Assembly: GCA_051984675.1 (NCBI GenBank)
Contig: JBPYFK010000039.1
Location: forward strand, 5,932 to 69,931
Length of the DNA stretch: 64,000 nucleotides
Source of the DNA: Pseudonocardiaceae bacterium
Lineage (GTDB): Bacteria > Actinomycetota > Actinomycetes > Mycobacteriales > Pseudonocardiaceae
Reading direction: 5' to 3'
Part shown: one piece after another, positions 51,713-61,026 of the stretch
How the letters are laid out: each line of letters starts with the position of its first letter
Numbering within the stretch: the first letter of the stretch is position 1
The notes under the pieces: model-generated
The model's database searches: none
What the model was told of the DNA's origin: nothing
What the model saw: only the letters and a program-made list of their open reading frames with translations
Translations under genes and position numbers: made by a program

Positions 51713-52507
51713 TCAGGCTTGCGGTTCGGGCAGGCTTTCGCCGGTCTCCAGCAGCGTCTTGAGGCTCGACAGCAGTGCGGGCCACCCCTCGCTGACCATC
51801 TTCCGCGCGGTGCTGCCGGGGTCGAAGTCGTCGTGCACGACGGTCAGCTTGACCATGTTCCCGAGCGGCTCGATCTCGAAAGTCACCTTCGATCGGCGCT
51901 CGCTGGCGAGCGTGGCACGGACGTCCTCGCTGACCCCGGCAGCCTCGGCCCACTCCGGCGTGAAGGTGTGCCAGGAATAGGACAGTCGACGACACGGGTC
52001 GAATTCGAGCACGACCTGTGCGGGATCGGCGGTCCTGACTCCGCGCTCTTCCCAGACCATGGACGATCCCACCTGCCAGTCCGATTCGAATGTCACGCCC
52101 CAGTAGCGACGGGTGAAAGCCGGATCGGTCAACGCCTGCCAGAGCCGTTCCGGTGTGGTGTTGATGTAGATCGTGTACACAAACGCGGTGTCGTTCATCG
52201 GCTCCCGCTCCAATGCGCTTTTCAGGTCCGCCAGCGCGCTCACGCGCGCACGCTCGTATTGGCTGATCCAGCGATCCGCGATGGCGTTGATCGGCACGGC
52301 ATTGAGGTAGTGCAGCTTCTCCCGCCCCCGCCACAGCGTGCTCACCAGGTTGGCCGCCTCCAACACCGCCAGATGTTTGCTCACCGACTGCCGCGCCATG
52401 TCCAACCCAGCGCACAGCTCTCGCAGAGTCTGCCCGTTGCGGGCATTCAACCTGTCGAGCAGCCGGCGCCGGCTCGCGTCCGCCAGCGCCCGGAAGACCT
52501 CATCCAT
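51713..52507 (-). CDS. ArsR/SmtB-family HTH fused to an SRPBCC (AHSA1-like) domain
   Basis: ORF track 51713..52564 with ATG at 52507. MDEVFRALADASRRRLLDRLNARNGQTLRELCAGLDMARQSVSKHLAVLEAANLV is followed by YINTTPERLWQALTDPAFTRRYWG... (SRPBCC). Confidence 0.85.
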   Translation of the reverse strand: MDEVFRALADASRRRLLDRLNARNGQTLRELCAGLDMARQSVSKHLAVLEAANLVSTLWRGREKLHYLNAVPINAIADRWISQYERARVSALADLKSALEREPMNDTAFVYTIYINTTPERLWQALTDPAFTRRYWGVTFESDWQVGSSMVWEERGVRTADPAQVVLEFDPCRRLSYSWHTFTPEWAEAAGVSEDVRATLASERRSKVTFEIEPLGNMVKLTVVHDDFDPGSTARKMVSEGWPALLSSLKTLLETGESLPEPQA

Positions 52508-52767
52508 TCCACTCGATCCTCGAACATGCAGCCTGCTGGCTGCATGAACTATAGGCAGCCGCATGGCTGCATGTCAATGCTCTCCGCCTGGGATGCACGA
52601 CGGCGTTCGAACTCGTCATTGACCCAACGCAGGGGATCAGAAGCGATGGCGGAAATCGTCCGAGCCGCATGATCTCGCGAAAAGAGGGCGCGAACAATTC
52701 ACCCGAAACACGCCGACAGCAAAACCGGCCACAAGCAGTTGTTGATGTCTCCAGATACGATGAGTAC

Positions 52768-53685
52768 GTGAAGTTCGCTGTTTCGATTCCACAGTTCGCC
52801 GCGGACGGGGAGTTCGACCCGGCCGAGTTCCGCACCTACCTGCAGCGCGCCGAGGCACTGGGCTTCGACAGCGCGTGGACGCAGGAGCAGCTGCTGGGCT
52901 CGATGCCGACGCTGAGTCCCCTTGAGACGATGACCTACGCGGCGGCATGCACCGAGCGGCTACGACTGGGGTGCGCGGTGCTCGTCACCACCCTGCACAA
53001 CCCAGTGCACCTGGCGAAACGACTGAGCACACTGGACCAGCTCAGCCGGGGTCGGCTCGATATCGGCGTCGGCACCGGAGGGCGGGGCCGGATGTTCTCC
53101 GCGTTCGGGGTCGACCGGGACCGCTTCGTCGCCCGGTTCACCGAAGGACTGACCCTGATGAAGACACTGTGGACACAGCGACGGGTCGACTTCGACGGCG
53201 ATTTCTGGCAGCTCGACGGCGCCACGATGGAGCCGAAACCGTTCCAGAAACCCCACCCGCCGATCTGGTTCGGCGGCAGCGGTCGCCCCGCACTCCGGCG
53301 CGCGGTTCGGCTCGGCAACGGTTTTTTCGGGGCCGGTTCGTCCACCACCGCGCAGTTCGCCGAGCAGGTGCGAACCGTCTCGGAGGCGCTGGCGGAAACC
53401 GGGCAGGACGCGGCCGAATTCCCGCTTGCGAAGCGCGTCTACGTTGCCGTGGACGACGACGCCGATCGGGCACGGGAACGCGTCAACCGCGGCCTGGAAC
53501 AGGTCTACGGACGCCGCTCCGAGACCATCGAAGCGGCGGCAGTCGCCGGCACACCGAACGACTGCGTGCGCGAACTACGCGAAGTCCGCGACGCCGGTGC
53601 GCGCATGATCCTGTTCACCACACTGTTCGACCAGGCCGAGCAGATGGAACGGCTGGCCGCAGAAGTGATCCCGCACCTGGACTAG
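52768..53685 (+). CDS. luciferase-like (LLM class) flavin/F420-dependent oxidoreductase
   Basis: Frame of ORF 52669..53685 with GTG at 52768 (VKFAVSIPQF). Contains GFDSAWTQEQLLG, LGCAVLVTTLHNPVHLAKRLSTLDQLSRGRLDIGVGTGG and PPIWFGGSG. Confidence 0.85.
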   Translation: MKFAVSIPQFAADGEFDPAEFRTYLQRAEALGFDSAWTQEQLLGSMPTLSPLETMTYAAACTERLRLGCAVLVTTLHNPVHLAKRLSTLDQLSRGRLDIGVGTGGRGRMFSAFGVDRDRFVARFTEGLTLMKTLWTQRRVDFDGDFWQLDGATMEPKPFQKPHPPIWFGGSGRPALRRAVRLGNGFFGAGSSTTAQFAEQVRTVSEALAETGQDAAEFPLAKRVYVAVDDDADRARERVNRGLEQVYGRRSETIEAAAVAGTPNDCVRELREVRDAGARMILFTTLFDQAEQMERLAAEVIPHLD

Positions 53686-53811
53686 GCGCCGCTGGTCAGT
53701 GCCTGGCAAGGCGCGGGGCGACGACGAGCCCACCGAATCCGCCGTGCTCGCCACCACCGCGCGGGAGCCTCACTGCCGAGCGTGGCGGTCACGACCGGCT
53801 CACGACGAGTA

Positions 53812-54372
53812 CTACCGAGAACTCGTCCGCACCCGGGCGGCACGCTGAGCGAGAATGGTCTCGGCGAGCGCGACCAGGACCTTCTTCACGTCCTCCCGGT
53901 AGCGGGCGTCGCACGCGACGATCGGCACATCGCCGACATCCAGCGCTTCGCGGATCTCCTCCAGTTCGAAGCGGTCCGCTCCCTCGAACTGGTTGACCGC
54001 GATCAGGAACGGAAGCCCCCGCTCCTCGAAGTAGTCCAGCACGGGATAGCAGTCGTCGATGCGACGCGTATCGACCAGGATGATCGCGCCCAGCGCTCCC
54101 TCGGCCAGGTCGTCCCAGAGGAAGTTGAACCGCTCCTGGCCGGGCGTGCCGAACAGGTAGAGCACGATCGACTGGTCCAGGGTGATCCGGCCGAAGTCGA
54201 GCGCCACCGTGGTCGTGGTCTTATCCGGTAGTTCGGCGGCTTCGTCGACGCCGACGGACACCTCGGTCATGGCCGCTTCGGTCACCAGCGGCTCGATCTC
54301 GGACACCGAACCGATCAGGGTCGTCTTGCCGACCCCGAAGCCGCCACTGACGACGATCTTGGTCGACCGCAT
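53812..54372 (-). CDS. cvnD: conservon GTPase (Ras-like ATP/GTP-binding protein, CvnD type)
   Basis: Frame of ORF 53812..54627 with ATG at 54372. MRSTKIVVSGGFGVGKTTLIGSVSE (P-loop), LFGTPGQERF and AVNQFEG. Confidence 0.9.
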   Translation of the reverse strand: MRSTKIVVSGGFGVGKTTLIGSVSEIEPLVTEAAMTEVSVGVDEAAELPDKTTTTVALDFGRITLDQSIVLYLFGTPGQERFNFLWDDLAEGALGAIILVDTRRIDDCYPVLDYFEERGLPFLIAVNQFEGADRFELEEIREALDVGDVPIVACDARYREDVKKVLVALAETILAQRAARVRTSSR

Positions 54373-54391
54373 GGGGAAGGGTTGGTGTTGT

Positions 54392-54835
54392 TCAGAGCGC
54401 CTGGACAAGGTCTCTGATCCTCTCAATGACGGAAGTCGGAAGTTCCTCGGGCTCGGCGAACGAGACCAGGTTCGAGGTGGCCAGGTCCGCGACGAGAACC
54501 CGCGCCACCCCGAGGGGGACGTGGAGCGCGGCCGCGATCTCGGCAAGCGACAGCGGTGTCTGGCACAGCTCGACGATCTGGCGACGCTCGAACCGCAGCG
54601 GAGCCGACAGCGCCGACGGCAGCGCATGCACCAGGGTTTCCACTCGAAGCCCCTCGTGCAACGGACGGGTGCGCCCCTCCGTCATGATGAAGGGACGCAG
54701 AAATCTGTCAGCCGCCTTCTGGTCGGCCTGCTCGAAGTCCGCCGCGACGTCCTCAAGCATCTCGGGCTCGAACCAGGACCGCGGCCGTGACCGCTGGATC
54801 ATGCGCGGGTCCGGTAGGTCAGGAACGTCGTTCAT
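54392..54835 (-). CDS. cvnC: conservon DUF742 protein (CvnC type)
   Basis: Frame of ORF 54392..54970. ATG at 54835 overlaps the cvnB stop (ATGA). Contains RPFIMTEGRTRP and LSLAEIAAALHVPLGVARVLVADL. Confidence 0.85.
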   Translation of the reverse strand: MNDVPDLPDPRMIQRSRPRSWFEPEMLEDVAADFEQADQKAADRFLRPFIMTEGRTRPLHEGLRVETLVHALPSALSAPLRFERRQIVELCQTPLSLAEIAAALHVPLGVARVLVADLATSNLVSFAEPEELPTSVIERIRDLVQAL

Positions 54836-55278
54836 GCTCGGGGAAGGGCGTCTCGCAGTTCCGTGATGAGGGCGGGTGTGAGCACACCACCGACCCGGTC
54901 CACGAGATACGCGATCTCGTAGCCGATGAGCCCGATGTCGCCATGTTCGTCGGCGAGCACCGCGACGCACCCGCCCGTGGCGATGGCCGACACGAGAAGG
55001 AAGCCGCGGTTCATCTCGATCATGATCAGTTTCAGACCGTCGAAGTCGTACTGCCGCGCCGCGCTGCGCGCGAGACCGGTCAATCCCGAGACGATGGCTG
55101 CGAGCCGGTCCGCGGACTCCCGCTGCAGCCCGTCGGACATCGCGATGAGCAGGCCATCCGACGAGACGGCCACGGCGTCCCGGACACCGTCGGTCTCACG
55201 GACGAAGTTGGCGAGCAACCAGTTGAAGTTGTGCGGGCTGCTCTGCGACTCACGGGTCATGGGCAGCTCAGGGGTCAC
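54832..55278 (-). CDS. cvnB: conservon roadblock/LC7 domain protein (CvnB type)
   Basis: ORF track 148 aa (GTG 55278 overlaps the cvnA stop; alternative ATG at 55260). Contains FNWLLANFVRETDGVRDAVAVSSDGLLIA. Confidence 0.9.
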   Translation of the reverse strand: MTPELPMTRESQSSPHNFNWLLANFVRETDGVRDAVAVSSDGLLIAMSDGLQRESADRLAAIVSGLTGLARSAARQYDFDGLKLIMIEMNRGFLLVSAIATGGCVAVLADEHGDIGLIGYEIAYLVDRVGGVLTPALITELRDALPRA

Positions 55279-57716
55279 GGGGAACCCTCCTCAGGGCTAG
55301 AAGGTGGTTGCGAGGCGACCGACGCGTTCAACGCGGTCGCTTCCGCCGGTTTCTCCGCTGCTTCCGCACCGCGGCGATGCCCGCTGCGGAAAGCGGACAG
55401 CATGGCACGGACGTCCTCGGGGGACCTCGTGGTGTCCGGGCGCTCCTCGGTCGGGGAGGTCTGGGGAGCGGCCGGGGCCACGTCGGATTTCGCGCCTTGC
55501 TTGCGGCGGACGCGCTTGACCAGACCATTGCGGGTGTGGCTGGGCGACGCCTCTGGATAAGCGGACGACTCCGGCGTGCGGTTCTCCGAGTCAGCCGGCG
55601 GGGAGCTGGCAGTCTCGTCGAGACTTCCGCTGAATCCCATCCGGTAGCTCGGCTCTGGGGTGGAGCTTCTCGGCTCGGACCTGGGCGTGGGTGTCGGAGT
55701 GTGCGAACTCGTGGTCACAGTCTGGGCCTGTGCTGCTGACTGTCCATCCGCCGTCGATCCATTCGTCGCCGATCCATTCGTCGCCTGCCCGTTCTTGGCG
55801 TGCTTGCCCGAGTGATCCGTGGGGGCCGCCAGAACGTCCGATGGAAGGGTCACTCGCGCGGTGATGCCCTGGACCGGCGAGCGCGAGAGTTCGACGTGCG
55901 CGCCCAGGCCGCGGGCAAGGCCACCGACCACGAAGTGGCCGAGGAAGCGGGTGGGCGCGACCAGGAAGTGCTCGTCGCCGGCCAAGCGCGCGTTCGCCAG
56001 CGCGATCGCGTCCTCGCTCATCCCGACGCCCTGGTCGACCACCGCGAGCAGGTACTCCGAGCCGTTACGGCGCGCGTAGACCTCCACATCCGCGTCCGGT
56101 GGGGAGAACGACAGCCCGTTCTCGATCAGCTCGGCGAGCAGGTGTGCGACCTCCGAGGCCACCGCTCCCACCACCAACGCGTCATCAACCCGGCGCAGGG
56201 TGACCCGGCGATAATCCTCCACTTCGGACAGTGCAGCCCGGATCACGTCGATGATCGGCATCGGCTCGGACCACCGGCGCGGGTTCTGCTTCCCGACGAG
56301 GACGAGCAGGCTCTCGGCGTTGCGCCGCATGCGGGTCGCCAGGTGGTCCAGGTCGAAGAGATTCGCCAGCGCCGACGGGTCGAGCTCGTCGTGCTCGAAC
56401 TTGCTGATCAGGCCGAGCTGCCGGCGGACGAGGTTCTGGTTGCGGCGACCCAGGTTGGCCAGCGACTCGGTGGTGTTCCGGCGGATCAGCGCGTGCTTGC
56501 TGGCGATCGTGAACGCCGTGTGCTGGACGCGGTTGAAGGAGTCCGCGACCACCCGGATCTCCGCGCTGGCCCGGTCCGGCGGCCGGGCCGCCTTGGGTTC
56601 GGCGGGCTCTTCGTCCGTGGACCTCTCCAACCGTTCGACGGCGTCGGGAAGCCGGCGGGTGGCCATCTCGTCGGCCTCCTTGGACAGCGCTTCCAGCGGT
56701 CTGATGATCGACCGCGAAGCGCCGATCACCAGCAGGACCTCCGCGCCCACGGTGATCAGCGCCAGCGCCAGAGCACCGGCCAGCTCCCAGGTCGCGTTGG
56801 ATTCCAGCTGGCGAACGCGGTTCAGGGCGTCGTCACCGATGGCCAGCTGGACGGTCCGAAGGTCGTCGATGTGGTGGGTCAGGGTGGTGTGCCAGTCGAA
56901 CGCGTTCACCGCGCCAACAGGAATACGCCCACTGACCTGGGCAAGCGCCACATTCTCCATGTCGCGCATGTGTTGCGCGACCGGCGACTGCATCGCCGCT
57001 TCCAACCTTCCACGCTGCTCAGGCGTGGCATAGCGGTCGAATTCGGCGACCCCGGACACCTGATCGGCTCGGAACTGGGTGAACTGGATGAACTGGTTAC
57101 CGTCGAAATGCCCGGCGGCGAACACGCCATCCATCAGGGCGCGCTCTTCACCAGTGGATTCCTTCGCGTTTCCCAACGTTCGCAGCGCCAGCAGGTTGTA
57201 TCGCAGCGTCGCGTCCTCGGCCCGGTCGAAGCCGAGGTCGGGCTGGTTCAACGCGATGTTGGTGTCGTTGAAGTACTGCAACGCGGCGTTGCGGTCAATG
57301 CGGCCGTGGTCGGCCGCGTCCCGCACATCGGCCAGGGCGTTGACCCTTGCGAGTTCGGGCCGCAGTTGCGCGGCCGGCGTCGCGTACGCCGGGTCCGCCA
57401 TCAGGTGGTTCAGCGCGGCCAGCGTGCTGTCCGTCCTGGCCCGCTGGGCGGGAAGCTGCGAGCGGAACTGTTCGTCGCCACCGAGAAGCCCGAGCGTGAG
57501 ACCACGTTCCTTCTGCAGCTCATGCATGAACGCCTGGTCGGTGACCTCCAGCGTCACCGCCGTCGAGGTGTCGGACGCCTGGCGGTAAGCGCTGATCGCA
57601 TTCACCACCATCACGGTGAGCAGGCTCAGCTCGACCGCGATGGCCACCAGCACGAGACGCGCCAACTGTCCACGGATCGAGCGGGGGCGAAAAAACGACG
57701 ATCGGTGATGTTTCAC
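55275..57716 (-). CDS. cvnA: conservon sensor-kinase-like protein (CvnA type) with a nitrate/nitrite-sensing (NIT)-like extracytoplasmic region, HAMP and HATPase
   Basis: Frame of ORF 55275..57995 with GTG at 57716 after GGAGGAG. It has an N-terminal TM helix, a long helical sensor region (LQKERGLTLGLLGG, FRADQV), a second TM helix plus HAMP, the ATPase region (DQGVGMSEDAI) and a Ser/Thr/Pro-rich disordered tail. Confidence 0.85.
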   Translation of the reverse strand: MKHHRSSFFRPRSIRGQLARLVLVAIAVELSLLTVMVVNAISAYRQASDTSTAVTLEVTDQAFMHELQKERGLTLGLLGGDEQFRSQLPAQRARTDSTLAALNHLMADPAYATPAAQLRPELARVNALADVRDAADHGRIDRNAALQYFNDTNIALNQPDLGFDRAEDATLRYNLLALRTLGNAKESTGEERALMDGVFAAGHFDGNQFIQFTQFRADQVSGVAEFDRYATPEQRGRLEAAMQSPVAQHMRDMENVALAQVSGRIPVGAVNAFDWHTTLTHHIDDLRTVQLAIGDDALNRVRQLESNATWELAGALALALITVGAEVLLVIGASRSIIRPLEALSKEADEMATRRLPDAVERLERSTDEEPAEPKAARPPDRASAEIRVVADSFNRVQHTAFTIASKHALIRRNTTESLANLGRRNQNLVRRQLGLISKFEHDELDPSALANLFDLDHLATRMRRNAESLLVLVGKQNPRRWSEPMPIIDVIRAALSEVEDYRRVTLRRVDDALVVGAVASEVAHLLAELIENGLSFSPPDADVEVYARRNGSEYLLAVVDQGVGMSEDAIALANARLAGDEHFLVAPTRFLGHFVVGGLARGLGAHVELSRSPVQGITARVTLPSDVLAAPTDHSGKHAKNGQATNGSATNGSTADGQSAAQAQTVTTSSHTPTPTPRSEPRSSTPEPSYRMGFSGSLDETASSPPADSENRTPESSAYPEASPSHTRNGLVKRVRRKQGAKSDVAPAAPQTSPTEERPDTTRSPEDVRAMLSAFRSGHRRGAEAAEKPAEATALNASVASQPPSSPEEGSP
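55756..55785. repeat. perfect in-frame 15-bp tandem duplication inside the cvnA tail
   Basis: GATCCATTCGTCGCC at 55756-55770 and again at 55771-55785. It encodes the repeated ATNGS-ATNGS in the low-complexity C-terminus. Confidence 0.9.
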
Positions 57717-58067
57717 CGCTCCTCCGGTACGTTCGTCCTGGCCAGCGTGCGTTGGTGAAGCGCGACCACAACCGCGCGGGATAGCGGTCGAGATGATAAG
57801 CCAAACACGAATTGAGAACGCTACTCCAGCCAGAGGATTCTGACAAAGCGGCTGATCAGCCGCCGCACAGGCCGCAAAGCCGGATGTGCGACACAATTTA
57901 TAGGATTTTAATGTAACGCGGTTTTGGCTTTCCTTAGCACATCCGAATCTTTTCCGAAAACCCCGAGCGCACCGGCAGATCGTCGGGTTGATCACGTAAC
58001 ACGGCTTGCTGACCGACGTCCGGCGTTGCCAGCCGGTCCGTCGCGCGCTAGCCTGAACCTGACCGGA

Positions 58068-58090
58068 TGACTAGATTTCAAATTTGGTCA
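58068..58090. promoter_or_regulatory. AT-rich imperfect palindrome TGACTAGATTTCAAATTTGGTCA, candidate TetR operator
   Basis: 18 of 22 symmetric positions match. It lies 44-66 bp upstream of the TetR start and is followed by additional GTCAC / TGAC elements (58088-58110). Confidence 0.35.
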
Positions 58091-58133
58091 CTGAGTCACC
58101 CGGTTGACAGGGCTCCACCGGTCACCTTGAGGA

Positions 58134-58835
58134 GTGCTCGTGCCCCAGCCCGATCGAGCAGACCGCGTCCTCGACGCGGCGGGAGAGCTGATGCTCCGGC
58201 TGGGCTACCGGAAGGTGACCATCGAGGACATCGCCAAGCGGGCTGGCATTGGCAAGGGCACCGTCTACCTCCACTGGCGCACCAAGAAACAGCTGTTCGA
58301 GGCGCTGATCCTGCGGGAGTCCGCCGGCCTGACCGAGGAGCTGCTCGAGGAGTTGCGCCGTGACCCGGAACAGATCCGGCCGCACCGGTTCATGCGGCTG
58401 TCCTTCCTGGCCACCATCCGGCGCCCGCTACTGCGCGCGTTGCTCGTCGGCAACACCGAGCTGATCGGCGACCTCAAGCAGGGGTCGCAACGGGATCACC
58501 AGCTGCTCGCGGCGGACCGCTACTTCGAGCTCCTCGTCTCGCGCGGCCTGCTCCGCGACGACGTCCCCGACCTGCCGTTCGCCCTGAACGCCGCGGTCAC
58601 CGGCTTCTACCTGATCGACACGATCAACCCGGACATCGCGGACCTGACCGACGAGGCCAAGGCGGACGCCCTGGCCCACACCGTCCGCGCCGCGTTCGAG
58701 CCCGCCCGGGAACCGGGACGCGCCACGCTGAAGGCGGTCGCCGCCGAGGTCACCGCACTGTTCGAGGACGTCACGACGAGCTTCCGCAAGTGGATCTACG
58801 CGCACGACCCCGAGTCAGAGAGGGATCTGACATGA
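58134..58835 (+). CDS. TetR family transcriptional regulator
   Basis: ORF track 233 aa (GTG 58134 or 58140 after GAGGAG). Contains LGYRKVTIEDIAKRAGIGKGTVYLHWRTKKQLF. The stop overlaps the P450 start (ATGA). Confidence 0.9.
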   Translation: MLVPQPDRADRVLDAAGELMLRLGYRKVTIEDIAKRAGIGKGTVYLHWRTKKQLFEALILRESAGLTEELLEELRRDPEQIRPHRFMRLSFLATIRRPLLRALLVGNTELIGDLKQGSQRDHQLLAADRYFELLVSRGLLRDDVPDLPFALNAAVTGFYLIDTINPDIADLTDEAKADALAHTVRAAFEPAREPGRATLKAVAAEVTALFEDVTTSFRKWIYAHDPESERDLT

Positions 58836-60022
58836 CCAGTCTCGCGCACACCTGGGGAATCCACGAACAGCAGTTCTGGCTGCGCGGACAGCGACCGGAC
58901 CGACCGGTGATGTTCGACGCGGCCATCGGGATGTGGAACGTCTACGGCTACCCGGAGATCGTGCACATCCTCAGCGACCCCAAGACGTTCTCGTCGAACA
59001 CCCAGCGGCTGGTCCCAGAGGCGTCCACGTTCTCCGAGGGCAACCTCGTGCAGATGGACCCGCCCGAGCACAACAAGCTGCGCAAGCTCGTCAGCCACGC
59101 CTTCACCCCGAAGGTCGTGGCCGATCTCGAACCTCGGATCGCCGGGCTGACCCGCGAGCTGCTGGACGAGACGTCCGGGCGAGACCGCATCGAGCTGGTG
59201 TCCGACCTCGCCTACCCGCTGCCGGTCATCGTGATCGCGGAACTGCTGGGCGTACCCAGCAGTGATCGCTACCTGTTCAAGAAGTGGGTGGACGCGCTGT
59301 TCGAGCGCACGCAGCAGTTCTCGCTCGTCGACCGCAGCGAGGAGCAGGAACGGGAGATGGAGCGTGCGATGGAGCAGGTGCAACACCTGCAGGACTACCT
59401 CGGCGAGCACGTCGACGAGCGCCGGCGCCAGCCGCGCGAGGATCTCCTCTCCAAGCTCGTTGAATCCGAAGTGGACGGTGTTCGGCTGAACCGCGCGGAA
59501 GTGGTCAACTTCGCGACCATCCTGCTCGTGGCCGGTCACATCACCACGACCATGCTGCTGGGCAACACCGTGCTGTGCCTGGATGCCCACCGTGACCAGC
59601 TCGCGAAGGTGCGCGCGGACCGCTCGCTGGTGCCCGGCGCGATCGAGGAGTCGCTGCGCTTCCTCAGCCCGTTCGCGACTCTCGGCCGAGTCACCAACCG
59701 CGAGGTCGAGCTCGACGGCCAGCGGGTTCCGGCCGACCAGTTGCTCATGGTGTGGATCGCGGCGGCGAACCGGGATGACCGCCAGTTCGCCGATCCGAAC
59801 GTCTTCGACGTCACCCGTGACCCGAACCCGCAGATCGGGTTCGGGCGGGGAGTGCACTTCTGCATCGGCGCGCCCCTGGCGCGGTTGGAAGGCCGGGTCG
59901 CGCTGAACATCCTGCTCGATCGCTTCCCGGACCTGCGATGCGATCCGGCCGACCCGCCGGCGTTCATCCCCAACCCGAACATGACGGGAGTGCGCCGGCT
60001 GCCGCTGCTGACGAAAGCGTGA
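58832..60022 (+). CDS. cytochrome P450
   Basis: Frame of ORF 58790..60022 with ATG at 58832. Contains VAGHITTT, ESLRF (ExxR) and the heme loop FGRGVHFCIGAPLARLE. Confidence 0.9.
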   Translation: MTSLAHTWGIHEQQFWLRGQRPDRPVMFDAAIGMWNVYGYPEIVHILSDPKTFSSNTQRLVPEASTFSEGNLVQMDPPEHNKLRKLVSHAFTPKVVADLEPRIAGLTRELLDETSGRDRIELVSDLAYPLPVIVIAELLGVPSSDRYLFKKWVDALFERTQQFSLVDRSEEQEREMERAMEQVQHLQDYLGEHVDERRRQPREDLLSKLVESEVDGVRLNRAEVVNFATILLVAGHITTTMLLGNTVLCLDAHRDQLAKVRADRSLVPGAIEESLRFLSPFATLGRVTNREVELDGQRVPADQLLMVWIAAANRDDRQFADPNVFDVTRDPNPQIGFGRGVHFCIGAPLARLEGRVALNILLDRFPDLRCDPADPPAFIPNPNMTGVRRLPLLTKA

Positions 60023-60192
60023 AGGCTGGCCCGCACGTCAGGCCGGCAAGGTTGAGATCCGACTCCGGCGACTTCCGCCCCGGCCTCACACTTTCGCGTG
60101 ATCGTAGGAACAGGAGGGAGCCGGGGACCGCCCGCCGCGAGTCCGAGTTTCCACAGCGGACCGCCACGCTGACAGTGCGGAGGAGGCACCCC

Positions 60193-60624
60193 ATGACGGA
60201 AACGGGCCTGGGAACGGACACGGGGCTGGACTGCGCGATCGACGACGTGCTTCTGCGCCTGCTCACGCTCGACACCGCCCAAGTCGCGACCACCCTGGCC
60301 ACGCTGGGCGACAACCTCCGTGTGGCGTTGGCGAAGCTGGACCACCAGCACGGGCGCCCCACCGGCGACGATGTCGTCGCGACCGCGAACTCCGCACTCG
60401 CCCACCTCCGCTCGGGCGACGTGACGGAAGCCCGCAGGACCCTGGTCACCGCCCACCAGCTCACGCAGGCATGTCCGGCCCGAACCACCCAGGCCGCGCG
60501 GACCCGCACCGGCAAGCACCGCCGATCCGTGCCCGGCTGCGGGGGCAACGCTGACGGCCCGACCCCCACCTGTTCGGGTGCCATGCCGGCTCGACCCGGG
60601 GATGCGGTGCCCGCGCCGCGTTGA
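60193..60624 (+). CDS. hypothetical protein (helical N-terminal half, basic Cys-containing tail)
   Basis: Frame of ORF 59938..60624 with ATG at 60193 preceded by GGAGGAGG. No family recognised. Confidence 0.4.
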   Translation: MTETGLGTDTGLDCAIDDVLLRLLTLDTAQVATTLATLGDNLRVALAKLDHQHGRPTGDDVVATANSALAHLRSGDVTEARRTLVTAHQLTQACPARTTQAARTRTGKHRRSVPGCGGNADGPTPTCSGAMPARPGDAVPAPR

Positions 60625-61026
60625 TCACCGGTACGGTGCGAGCGCGAAGGCCACACCCCCCCAGCAGGTATCGGTCCCTCGCGCTCGCCCGCTTCCCTCT
60701 CGGGTGAGCCGTGGCGGTGATGCTGGGTCAGGCCGTCACCACCGGCGTGGCCGTGTTCGGGGCGCGGTCACGCTCGCGGTCGCACGAAGCGGGTCGACAG
60801 ACGATCGGGGGTTGCTGCGGCTCGCTTCGCGCGATCGGTTGCTCACCCGACCGCGAGCGTGTCGCGATCTCGTCCCGGTCGCAGCTCGAACCGGCAGCGG
60901 ATGCGGCCAATCGGCTACGAAACCGCCCCAGAATCACTCACCCGGGGATGCCACGACACGGTGACTCCTCGTCCCGCCCGGCGAGTCGAGAGTGCTTGAT
61001 GCGGTAGTGACGCCACCCGGCATGGG

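Noticed and set aside
55800-57758. 652-aa plus-strand ORF opposite cvnA, with similar cases at 8852..10096, 15942..17330, 16237..18069, 58796..59857 and 62458..63408
   Set aside because: All of these overlap better-supported genes on the other strand or frame and lack motifs.
60900-61026. Possible alpha-glucosidase start (..THAGW..) downstream of the ABC permease
   Set aside because: The resemblance to the WWR.AVIYQ N-terminus does not hold beyond three residues in any frame.
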